A stretch of 64,000 nt of DNA from an uncultured candidate division Zixibacteria bacterium (GTDB taxonomy: Bacteria; Zixibacteria; MSB-5A5; GN15; PGXB01). The DNA lies in NCBI GenBank assembly GCA_963702205.1, contig OY969724.1:1504001-1568000 (forward strand), in the 5' to 3' direction. Of this stretch, positions 30,629 to 39,815 are shown piece by piece. Within the stretch, counting starts at the first letter, position 1, and each line of letters opens with the position of its first letter. A model generated the notes under the pieces. That model was not told the DNA's origin, did not search any database, and saw nothing but the letters and a program-made list of their open reading frames with translations. A program made the position numbers and the translations under genes.

Positions 30629-32698
30629 ATGGTTAAGCATGACGAGCATATAGAATACGACGACAAGGGGACGCTGGCCCAGGTCTCCCGTTGGCTGTTG
30701 CCTATCGTAATTTTCCTGGGGGCGATGGGGTTTTATTTAAAGATGATGGCCCCATCGATTTTCTGGGGAGACTCGGCGGCCTTCGCGACGACCAATTATA
30801 TTCTCGGCATCCCGCCGTCGCCGTCGTTTCCTTTGTACACCCTGCTGGGGAGACTTTTCGCCGCCCTTCCGGGGATGACCGCGGCCTTTGCGGCCAACCT
30901 GATGTCGGTCTTTTTTGCGGCACTGTCGGCGATGGTTTTCTTCATGCTGGCGCGTCAGTTGATGGATGTCCCGGCCCTGACCGCCCGTGATTATCAAAAA
31001 ATAATGGATGGGAAAAAACTATTGTTCCATCGTCACGACCTCAAGCGGGCGGGGAAGATGCTCGACCTGGAGCGCGCCACCCAGCCTCCGGCGCTGGTCG
31101 CGCTGGCCTGTTTTGCCCTTACGGCTTTGTTTGCGGTTAGTCTGCCGGTGTGGTTGTCGGCGGTGCGGGCCGAGGTGTACTCATTACACCTGTTTATGAC
31201 TTTGCTCGCTGTGTACTTGTGCGCCCGTGGCCACGCCGAAAAATCCGAGAACCTGTTTCTGGCCGGGTTCTGGGTGTACGCTCTGAGTTTTGCCAACCAT
31301 CCTTTTCTGGCGCTCATCATGGCCCCGCCGTTTATATTGATATTCATATTGCACGTCCGTGAGGTCAAGTCCAAACCGGCCTTTGCCACGGCGGCCGTTT
31401 TATTTTTGATAATAGCGTTTTCGGTTTATACATATTTGCCGCTTCGCGGCGCTTTGGACCCGTCGGTCAACTGGGGGCGTCCCGACAATATGTCCTCGTT
31501 CTGGTCGGCGGTCTCGGGATCGGTAAACCTGGCCGATGTATCGTCGCCGAAAGCGTCCGATTACTGGCTGCGCATTTTAAATCTGGGGAAATTTGTCGGG
31601 GCGCAAATCGGCTGGCTGACCCTGGCTCTTGTCCCGCTCGGGTTCTGGGGACTTTATAAGGTATCACGACGGTTCAGTTGGTTTTTTGTGCTGGCGATTT
31701 TGTCGAATTTATTTCTTCTGCTTTGGACCGCCGAATTCTCGTCTCGTAACGCCGATATGGTGAGCTTCATGGCGCCGCTTCTGGCGATCCTTCTGTTGGT
31801 TGCCGTTTCCGGTTCGCTATATCAATTGAGGCGCTACATAGTGGCCAGAAATGCAGCCATCTACTTTTCGGTTTTTCTCGGTATCATGATATATTTTGCC
31901 GGCAACGGCAATATTGTCCGGGCCGATCTTTCGCAGGTGCACGCTCCCGATATCCTGTGCGATGAAATATTGAGCGATATTCCGGACAATTCGCTTTTGA
32001 TCGTGGCGGATGACGGCCTGATGCTGCCTCTGTGGTACTATACCTTCGCCGATTCTTCCATGAATAACGTCAAAATCATTTCGGCGAAAGCGCTGACCCA
32101 TCCGGCCTACAGAGAAAAATTGACCCAGGTCTATCCCGATTTGACCTGTCCCGATGGTTTCAACATTACCAGCGGCGTCGATATTGAACGGCTGCCGGGT
32201 TTGTTGTGCGATTTGAATCTGAATCGCGGCGACGTCTTCGTCCAGTACGGAGTGGCCGGAATCGCGGCCGATCGTCTGCAGTCGCACGGGGTGATATTTC
32301 AATATCTCGACCATAAGTACGACGGCAAGCCGGATAGTGCAATTAGCGCCGGTTATATTGCCCTGGCCAATCGTATGCTGGAGGGTAACCCGAACGAAAT
32401 CGGGACCATCGACTTTGTCAGCCGCTGGTTGTTTAACATGAGTGTTTATTTCAACCGTTCCGGAACACCGGGACTGGCCTGGGATTTGATGCGCACCGCA
32501 CTCGAAATCGACCAGGACAATATCGAAATGCGACTGGCCCTGTCGCGCGCTCTGGCCAAAGGTGGACGATACAAAGAATCTCTGAAATATATCGCCGAAG
32601 TGCTTGAAATCGATCCGTACCATCCCGAGGCCCGTCAACTCGGACACGACATCGCGGAAAAGATAAATCCGACGACCGCGACAACCCAGGGCGAATAG
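30629..32698 (+). CDS. DUF2723 (TMEM260-like, GT-C fold) membrane glycosyltransferase with C-terminal TPR
   Basis: 'PSIFWGDS..F....LGIP.SPSFPLY.LLG', 'AEVYSL', 'YLPLR....P.VNWG.P', about 11 TMs, TPR tail. Confidence 0.88.
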   Translation: MVKHDEHIEYDDKGTLAQVSRWLLPIVIFLGAMGFYLKMMAPSIFWGDSAAFATTNYILGIPPSPSFPLYTLLGRLFAALPGMTAAFAANLMSVFFAALSAMVFFMLARQLMDVPALTARDYQKIMDGKKLLFHRHDLKRAGKMLDLERATQPPALVALACFALTALFAVSLPVWLSAVRAEVYSLHLFMTLLAVYLCARGHAEKSENLFLAGFWVYALSFANHPFLALIMAPPFILIFILHVREVKSKPAFATAAVLFLIIAFSVYTYLPLRGALDPSVNWGRPDNMSSFWSAVSGSVNLADVSSPKASDYWLRILNLGKFVGAQIGWLTLALVPLGFWGLYKVSRRFSWFFVLAILSNLFLLLWTAEFSSRNADMVSFMAPLLAILLLVAVSGSLYQLRRYIVARNAAIYFSVFLGIMIYFAGNGNIVRADLSQVHAPDILCDEILSDIPDNSLLIVADDGLMLPLWYYTFADSSMNNVKIISAKALTHPAYREKLTQVYPDLTCPDGFNITSGVDIERLPGLLCDLNLNRGDVFVQYGVAGIAADRLQSHGVIFQYLDHKYDGKPDSAISAGYIALANRMLEGNPNEIGTIDFVSRWLFNMSVYFNRSGTPGLAWDLMRTALEIDQDNIEMRLALSRALAKGGRYKESLKYIAEVLEIDPYHPEARQLGHDIAEKINPTTATTQGE

Positions 32699-32784
32699 CA
32701 TTTTCGCTTTCGCCCGGCATATAATCGTAATTTGACCGTGATGTTTCAATGATGTGTTGTCCGATAACACACCGAGGCTGATAT

Positions 32785-34002
32785 ATGCATTACAATCACA
32801 AAAGGCTGATGGTCATTTCGAATCGTTATCCGGCCGGACCTGATGATATTGCCTCACCGTTCGTGCGCGATTTTCATGTCGCCCTCAAGAATCTCGATAT
32901 CGAGGTCGACGTGATAACACCGCACTATGCGTCGTTCGGGGAGGGCCAGGAATACATCAATGACGACGTCCACCGGTTCGAGTTTTCAGACGGGAGGAAA
33001 TTCGTTTCGCAGATGCCGCGCTGGGCGTTGTCGACCTATATCAGTATCATGCGTTATTTCGTCAACGGCCGGATATCAGCCGAAAACCTGATGTTGCGCC
33101 GGGGTTACGACGGAATTCTGGCCCTGTGGGGGTTGCCGTCGGGTTATATCGCCCGTCAATTATCGCGCAAAAGCGGGGTGCCGTACGCGCTCTGGGCGCT
33201 GGGGACCGATATCAACATCTGGGCGCACTACCCGATTACCGGCCGCATGATAGCCAGGGTCCTCGATAATGCCGATAAATTGTATGCCGACAGTTTTGAA
33301 CTGGCCGACAAAACCGCAGCCCTGGCAAAAAGGCCGTGCCTGTTTATTCCGAGCGTGCATCGGCTCGACCTTGACGGAAATAATTATTCCACGAGAGAGA
33401 AAAGCTTCGTTTTTGTCGGGCGAATCGAGGAGTCACGAGGCGTCTTTGATTTGCTCAACGCCTTCAGAGAATTCAGCGGCGAATATCCCGGATGGAAACT
33501 GCACTGTATCGGGACTGGTCAAAGCGAACAAAGCCTCCGCCTGGCGATGGCCGCCATGGGTATGGAAGACATCGTTGAATTCCACGGCTATCTTGAACGC
33601 ACCCGTATCGACGAAATCATGCTAAAGGCGGCGGCCATGGTTATCCCGTCCCACGGTGATTCATTGCCGCTGACCTTCGGCGAGGCCATGCAGGCCAATC
33701 TGCCGGTAGTATGCTCCCGTGTCGGCGATATGCCGCATTTTGTCGATAAGTACAACGTGGGGTATCACTACCCGGCCGGAAACGTCTCCAGGCTGTGTGA
33801 CCGTTTGAAAAAAATGGCGGAAAATCATGCTCAACTCCAACCCCATTGCCGGGGATTCGTCGAGGAAATAAATATCGCGACATCCGCCCGCGAAATTTCC
33901 GCCTGGTTGGACACGGTCCGGGACCGCCGGATTAAAAAAGAAGCCGCCGATATTGTCAGCGAATGGGGCGAATGGAACCGGGTTATCCTGCCTAAAAAGT
34001 AA
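32785..34002 (+). CDS. Glycosyltransferase family 4
   Basis: 'FVFVGRIEESRG', 'PSHGDSLPLTFGEAMQANLPVVCSRVGD'. Confidence 0.88.
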   Translation: MHYNHKRLMVISNRYPAGPDDIASPFVRDFHVALKNLDIEVDVITPHYASFGEGQEYINDDVHRFEFSDGRKFVSQMPRWALSTYISIMRYFVNGRISAENLMLRRGYDGILALWGLPSGYIARQLSRKSGVPYALWALGTDINIWAHYPITGRMIARVLDNADKLYADSFELADKTAALAKRPCLFIPSVHRLDLDGNNYSTREKSFVFVGRIEESRGVFDLLNAFREFSGEYPGWKLHCIGTGQSEQSLRLAMAAMGMEDIVEFHGYLERTRIDEIMLKAAAMVIPSHGDSLPLTFGEAMQANLPVVCSRVGDMPHFVDKYNVGYHYPAGNVSRLCDRLKKMAENHAQLQPHCRGFVEEINIATSAREISAWLDTVRDRRIKKEAADIVSEWGEWNRVILPKK

Positions 34003-34036
34003 TTGCGCTTTTGGATCACCGACGTTTATTGATATC

Positions 34037-35983
34037 ATGAAAGTTGCCCTGATTATTTTCCTTTTGACGTTACTGGCAGCCGGTCTTGTGGCTCAAACCG
34101 TGCCGGACAGCGTATATGAAAATGCCGCCGTGGAACACCTGATGGCGCTTCTAAACCTCCGGCCGACCGATCTGACTTTCCGCGATGATTTTTCCAAAGT
34201 CGACAGTTTCCGGCTTGAGACGGTATCGCGGCTGATGCGGGAACCGTACGGCATGATATCTTTTGCCGAGAACTCCGCCGGTATTTTATCGCCGGGCGAC
34301 CTCTCCGCAACCATGGATTTCGTATTGAAAAATCTTAAAGAATCCGGCAAGGAGACACCGCCCAGTGCCGGCAAAGAAGAAGCCTTTGAAGACACCGGCA
34401 CCAATCTGTACTATCAATCGCTGGAATTCAATCGGCTTTTGACGACCGTGAAAAAGGCCATCAAGGGTAATATAGTACCGGCCCAGAGAGCGGCTTTTGG
34501 TAAATTAAGTTCTGAGCAAAAATCGTTTTTGACGACCCGATTTAAAGATATGATTCTCGAAGATACCTCTGATGCTTCAAAGGCGGTCGACGTGCTCGAT
34601 TCTCTCCAAAAGCTGGAAGAAGGATATTTGAAAGATTTCACTGAGTTCGGGCAGTCGATCGATCAGACTCAGCTGGTTCGAGCCGGGGCCGCGTCATCGG
34701 TGGATATTTACAATGAACTTATCAGATTTTTGCGGGATGTTCGCGAACAGGGGATATCGTACTCGGACATCCTGAAGGATACGGTCGACCTGCCACAGCG
34801 GACCGGACTCCCGGAATTTCTGGGCCGTGAGAAAGGCTGGAAAATAGGGGGGACGGGGGACGACGTTTATCGCGGGGATTATGAATTTATTTTCGATTTT
34901 GGCGGCAACGATCACTACGAGCTGGAATATAATGCCGCGCACCCGCATCCGTGCATAATCATCGACCTGTCCGGCGATGACGACTATCAGGCGAAATCGG
35001 ATTTTAATTTCGGCTCAGGGTGCATGTCGGTGGGGATTTTGATCGATCTGGAAGGTGACGACGTTTACAAGGCCAACAATTTTTCGTGTGGCTCCGGCTT
35101 TTTCGGTTTCGGTCTGTTGTATGACGGTGCCGGCGGAGACAGGTACCTCGGGGATACTCACTGTCAGGGAGCCGGAGTGTTCGGAGCCGGGGTGCTGATC
35201 GACAAGTCCGGGACGGACCTCTATAACGCTGCTTTGTTTTCGCAGGGAGTTGGCTTGACCGAAGGGATAGGCTTGCTTGTCGATTACACCGGCAACGATA
35301 ATTATGTCATCACTGACAAATACGCGGAAACGTACGGACTGGCCGGGAACAACCAGCACTTTCTGTCGCTGTCACAGGGTTTCGGTTACGGCATGCGGCC
35401 GTACATGTCGGGCGGGATCGGTATCATCGCCGACTTCGGCGGCAACGATAATTACAAGGCCGATATTTTCGGTCAGGGGGGCAGCTACTGGTGGGGGCTG
35501 GGCATGATCTACGACGACAATGGCAACGATAATTACGTGGCGCACCAGTATGCTCAGGGTGCCGGGATACATCTCTCTCTCGGGATTTTGTTCGACCGGG
35601 AAGGCGATGATTTCCGCAAAGGCAAGGGTCTGATGCAGGGGTGCGGTCACGATTACGGTTGCGGGATTATTGTCGATCGCAACGGTAATGATATATATGA
35701 CGCTTTCGATTTGTCACAGGGTGCCGGGCAAGCCAACGGGTTAGGGATTCTTATCGATGATCGCGGTGAGGACGCTTATTACGTCATGCGCAGGAACAAT
35801 ACCCAGGGTTACGGCAACCCGCGCCGGGATTTTGGGTCAATCGGCCTGTTCCTCGATTTGAGCGGAACCGATCATTATGACGGCAACGGCGGCGACCACA
35901 TGTACTGGAATACCGGTTCCAAATGGGGCGGGGGGATGGATTGGAATTTTATCAAAGAGGATACGACCAATGCGACCCCGTAG
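34037..35983 (+). CDS. Secreted protein with many Gly/Asp-rich 'DxxG(D/N)DxY' repeats, function unknown
   Basis: Signal peptide from ATG 34037; more than a dozen repeats of the form 'QG.G..G.G...D..G.D.Y'. Confidence 0.8.
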   Translation: MKVALIIFLLTLLAAGLVAQTVPDSVYENAAVEHLMALLNLRPTDLTFRDDFSKVDSFRLETVSRLMREPYGMISFAENSAGILSPGDLSATMDFVLKNLKESGKETPPSAGKEEAFEDTGTNLYYQSLEFNRLLTTVKKAIKGNIVPAQRAAFGKLSSEQKSFLTTRFKDMILEDTSDASKAVDVLDSLQKLEEGYLKDFTEFGQSIDQTQLVRAGAASSVDIYNELIRFLRDVREQGISYSDILKDTVDLPQRTGLPEFLGREKGWKIGGTGDDVYRGDYEFIFDFGGNDHYELEYNAAHPHPCIIIDLSGDDDYQAKSDFNFGSGCMSVGILIDLEGDDVYKANNFSCGSGFFGFGLLYDGAGGDRYLGDTHCQGAGVFGAGVLIDKSGTDLYNAALFSQGVGLTEGIGLLVDYTGNDNYVITDKYAETYGLAGNNQHFLSLSQGFGYGMRPYMSGGIGIIADFGGNDNYKADIFGQGGSYWWGLGMIYDDNGNDNYVAHQYAQGAGIHLSLGILFDREGDDFRKGKGLMQGCGHDYGCGIIVDRNGNDIYDAFDLSQGAGQANGLGILIDDRGEDAYYVMRRNNTQGYGNPRRDFGSIGLFLDLSGTDHYDGNGGDHMYWNTGSKWGGGMDWNFIKEDTTNATP

Positions 35984-36902
35984 GAATCCAATCAGTACAA
36001 TCGTCTTTCTGGCTCTGCTGCTTTGCATTTCCGGAAGCGTCCTGGCGCAAACCGATATCAACAGGAAAGTCGATTCTCTGTTTATTATCGCGTCGTCGGG
36101 TGAGATTAAATACCGCGATATGGTCGCTCCGGCGATAGATTCATTGGCCGCTATGGGCAAGCAGGCGGTGCCGAGGCTGATCGAGCTGTATGGTACACAG
36201 GTGGCGCGGGAACGGCATACTCTGAACACCATTTTCGAAAAGATCGGGCACGATGCCGTGCCGTATTTAATAAAGGCTTTAGACACGAACGACAAAGAGC
36301 TGCTCAGCCGCCTGTGTTATACGTTGGGCAATATCAAAGACTCGATGGCGGTCGATGCCATGATGAGCAAGGTGAAAGATGACGACTGGGGGGTTCGTTC
36401 CAATGCCGTGGCGGCTTTAGGGCAAATCGGTAGTATGAGAGCGGCCAATGACATTATTGCGGCGTTGGGAGATTCGGTGGGAACGGTGCGAAAATCCGCG
36501 GCGGTCGCGGCAGGAAGGATAGGGATCAGAGACGCCGCCCCGCAATTGGTGCATATGCTTGGTGACGAACACTATGGTCCCCGTATGGTCGCCGCCGACG
36601 CGCTGCTCAAAATGCCCGACACGGCCGTCTTTGTTATATCGGACTCGATAAATTCCTCCAATGATTTGGTAGGCAATCTGGGCATCACGGTTCTGGGGAA
36701 GATTGGCGGCGAGGCCGCCGCATACCGGGTCGGCCTGGAACTTCAGTCGCCGTCGCCGATCCGCCGCGCCTTAGCGGCCGAGGCGCTGTACGATGCCAAT
36801 TCGTCGCTGGCCTGCGGCTTTCTCGAAAATCTTAAAAGCACCGAGACCGATTCCACCGTAATATTTTTCATGAACCGGGCCCTCGAAAAATATGCTCCGT
36901 GA
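35970..36902 (+). CDS. Secreted HEAT-repeat protein
   Basis: Signal peptide 'VFLALLLCISGSVLA'; HEAT repeats 'VRSNAVAALGQIG' and 'VRKSAAVAAGRIG'. Confidence 0.85.
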   Translation: MRPRRNPISTIVFLALLLCISGSVLAQTDINRKVDSLFIIASSGEIKYRDMVAPAIDSLAAMGKQAVPRLIELYGTQVARERHTLNTIFEKIGHDAVPYLIKALDTNDKELLSRLCYTLGNIKDSMAVDAMMSKVKDDDWGVRSNAVAALGQIGSMRAANDIIAALGDSVGTVRKSAAVAAGRIGIRDAAPQLVHMLGDEHYGPRMVAADALLKMPDTAVFVISDSINSSNDLVGNLGITVLGKIGGEAAAYRVGLELQSPSPIRRALAAEALYDANSSLACGFLENLKSTETDSTVIFFMNRALEKYAP

Positions 36903-38115
36903 TAAATTAAACCGCCTGTCTCAGCACCTGGGAACTCGGTCGGAAAGTGATCAAACCGCGACCGGGGCCGACAGGTATGAAACGCTATCCGATTTTCTCG
37001 GTGGCAGAGTTATCCGCCGCGACGAGGGAAATTTTGTCAAAATCGAGACCGATTTCGATGAATCGTACGTTCACGGATCGTTTGCCATGTACGAAATGGA
37101 TCGAAGCATAGATTATTTGTTTCGCCATTTTTCAGAAGCTGAGCCAGGTGAGAGCATTTCCAAAAAAAATCTGCTCTTCATGGACACCGAGACAACCGGT
37201 CTGGGCGGCTCGGGGACGGTGGCCTTTTTGGTCGGACTCGGCTCTCTGACCGCCAACGGATTTCAGGTGCGACAGTATTTTCTGCCGGATTTTCCCGATG
37301 AAGCGGCGATGCTCGAAGAAATCCGCTCTGAATTCAATGACGACACGGTCATTGTCAGTTACAACGGTAAGACGTTCGATATGCCGATCCTGCGCGATCG
37401 CATGATAATCCAGAGAGTCGAACGTCATCTCGACGTGGCCGGGCACGTCGACCTGCTGCATACAGCCAGAAAACTGTTCCGCCTGCGGCTGGGCAGCTGC
37501 ACTCTGGGGAACGTGGAGCGACAGGTGTTGTCGTTTTACCGTACAGATGACATCCCCGGTGAATTGGTTCCCGGCATATATTTCAACTGGCTGGCGACGT
37601 CGGACCCCGAACTTCTGGACAAGGTCGTCGAACACAATTTGTATGATATCGTTTCCTTGTACTTCCTGATGCACCGCATTTCGGAGATACATATCAACCC
37701 GGTCGGGAAAATCGACGACAGCGATGATCTCCTGTCGCTGGTGAAGGTTTTCGAAAAGCGCAAAGAAAACAGTGAAATAGTGTCTCTTCTGAGCCGGTTC
37801 GAAGCCTCCCTGGAAACTGAGGGTCGTGGTGATATATTCATGCGGCAGGCGCTGGCGGCCAGGCGTCTGTCGGATTTTGACACATCGGTTCCGATCTGGC
37901 AGAAGGTGGCCCAATCCGGCGGCCCGGAGGGCTTTTGGGCCCATATCGAGCTGGCCAAATACTATGAACACCGGGTCCGGGACCCCAGGGCCGCCCTCGA
38001 CACGGCCCTCGCGGCGCGGTCCCTATGCCCCCCGCAGTTTTCGGTCCGCTCCGATCTCGATAAACGAATAAAAAGGCTTCAAAGTCGCCTCGACCGGCAA
38101 TATAAGTCTAAATAA
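36892..38115 (+). CDS. YprB/MrfB-like RNase H-fold (DEDD) exonuclease with C-terminal TPR
   Basis: 'FMDTETTGL', 'SYNGKTFD', 'HVDLLH', 'DIPG..VP..Y', 'HNLYD', 'ELAKYYEH'. Confidence 0.9.
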   Translation: MLRDKLNRLSQHLGTRSESDQTATGADRYETLSDFLGGRVIRRDEGNFVKIETDFDESYVHGSFAMYEMDRSIDYLFRHFSEAEPGESISKKNLLFMDTETTGLGGSGTVAFLVGLGSLTANGFQVRQYFLPDFPDEAAMLEEIRSEFNDDTVIVSYNGKTFDMPILRDRMIIQRVERHLDVAGHVDLLHTARKLFRLRLGSCTLGNVERQVLSFYRTDDIPGELVPGIYFNWLATSDPELLDKVVEHNLYDIVSLYFLMHRISEIHINPVGKIDDSDDLLSLVKVFEKRKENSEIVSLLSRFEASLETEGRGDIFMRQALAARRLSDFDTSVPIWQKVAQSGGPEGFWAHIELAKYYEHRVRDPRAALDTALAARSLCPPQFSVRSDLDKRIKRLQSRLDRQYKSK

Positions 38116-38161
38116 TACCCCCGCTTACGTCGATATAGTTATTATAAACACAGGCAGATTT

Positions 38162-39469
38162 ATGAACCATGATATACACCAGAAAGTACTGAATGACCAC
38201 CCGGAAATTGCCTCCCTTCCGCACGTTCTGGTCGAAGTTTTAAAAGTATCGGGCGACCCCGATTCCTCTGCGGCCGAGATTTCCAAAGTCATTTTAAAAG
38301 ATCCGGCGCTTACGGCCAAAATTTTGCGCGTGGTGAATTCGCCATACTACGGCAGGGTGCGCGAAGTTACCACCGTCAATCAGGCCGTGGTCACTCTTGG
38401 TGTACGTTCGGTGACGGCTATCGCGCTGTCGTCGTCGGTATACAAAATGGCCGAGACCGTCGAGGGCATGGTCAGTCGCAAGCGATTCTGGCGGCACAGC
38501 CTCGAGGTCGCTATCGCCGCGCGGATGATCGCCGAAGAAATCGGTTTCGAACCGGCCGAGGAAGCGTTTGTGGCCGGGCTGCTTCACGAAATCGGTCTTC
38601 TGGTACTGGAAGCGTCATACCCCGAAGAGTACCGCCGGATGTGGAAACAGGCTGAAGCCGGTGAACTTCTGACCGTCCTGGAACAAAAAGTCCTCGGCAC
38701 CGATCACGCCCGTGCCGGTCAGTTTTTGCTCGATCAGTGGGGTGTTCCGAGAAATATCGGTGAAGCGGTCGGTAAACATCACGCCCTGTTCGATTATGGA
38801 GCTCGGCAGTTCGATCAGATCCTCCCGCAAATAGTTCTTCTGGCCAACAATCTGTCCAAGTTTCGGGCTTATACGATGCCTCCGCCCGAGCCGAAAATGC
38901 TCGAGCGCAAAGACGCGGTGGCGTCCAACCTGAAGCTGTCGCACGCCGCACTTGCCAAAATCGAAGGCGAGTTGATTTCGATTGTGGTCCGCGAGTCCGA
39001 TTATCTCGAAATGGAAATCGGCACCCAGGCCGAAATCATGGCCGAAGCCAACCAGATGCTCTACAAGCAATTTCTTATGGTAGAAAATCTGCTTCGCGAA
39101 AACCGCCGGATGCAGCAGTCGATCGCGCACGATCAGGCCAAACGGGCGGCGCTGGAATCGCTCAAGGCGGTCTCCACGACGTTTAGCAATCATGTCAACA
39201 ATGCCACGGCGGCCATTCTCGGCCGGGCGCAGTTGATCGAAATGAGCATAAGGAACGGTCAGCTTGGCGGTAACGTCGACGGTTGTCAGACCTCGCTGAA
39301 TATCATCATGCAGTCGGTCGAGTCTATTTCTTCTTTGCTCAGCGAATTAAAACAGTTGACGGTCTTCGACGGCTCTTTCGAGCAGGAAGGCAAAACCATC
39401 CTCGACATCGAACGCGAAATCCGATCCCGCATAAATAATCTCAATAAAAAAGTCCTGACGCCCGCCTGA
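38162..39469 (+). CDS. HDOD domain protein with C-terminal coiled coil and degenerate HisKA-like segment
   Basis: 'DPALTAKILRVVNSPYY', 'FWRHS', 'AGLLHEIG', 'DHA..G..L..W'; tail 'SNHVNNATAAILGRAQL'. Confidence 0.9.
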   Translation: MNHDIHQKVLNDHPEIASLPHVLVEVLKVSGDPDSSAAEISKVILKDPALTAKILRVVNSPYYGRVREVTTVNQAVVTLGVRSVTAIALSSSVYKMAETVEGMVSRKRFWRHSLEVAIAARMIAEEIGFEPAEEAFVAGLLHEIGLLVLEASYPEEYRRMWKQAEAGELLTVLEQKVLGTDHARAGQFLLDQWGVPRNIGEAVGKHHALFDYGARQFDQILPQIVLLANNLSKFRAYTMPPPEPKMLERKDAVASNLKLSHAALAKIEGELISIVVRESDYLEMEIGTQAEIMAEANQMLYKQFLMVENLLRENRRMQQSIAHDQAKRAALESLKAVSTTFSNHVNNATAAILGRAQLIEMSIRNGQLGGNVDGCQTSLNIIMQSVESISSLLSELKQLTVFDGSFEQEGKTILDIEREIRSRINNLNKKVLTPA

Positions 39470-39760
39470 TTTACGATCATCCGGTCCATAATTCCTCCAT
39501 TGACAGTTTTCGATTTTCCGGTATATTGAATTGATATTATTCAAGACAGCCCTTTTCCTTTACCGTCTTGAAGATCTGTTTCAGAATATATGAAACTGAT
39601 TTCTCTGTCTTGATTTACCTCACATTAATATAATATTGTCCGGCAATATTCGAGTCAAAACAGCGGCGGCCGGCACGATCTAAACGCAACGGGGGCAGCT
39701 AATTGGGCACAGGGGAATAATTTCGAGGGAATTGGCCGTGCCGCCGGACTATTGTCTCGC

Positions 39761-39777
39761 CCGGCATAAGGTTTGCA
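39761..39777 (+). promoter_or_regulatory. sigma54 promoter
   Basis: CCGGCATAAGGTTTGCA = GG-N10-GC. Confidence 0.72.
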
Positions 39778-39815
39778 GTTTGAAGCTATGATATAAAGAT
39801 GTGAGGCAAGAATAT

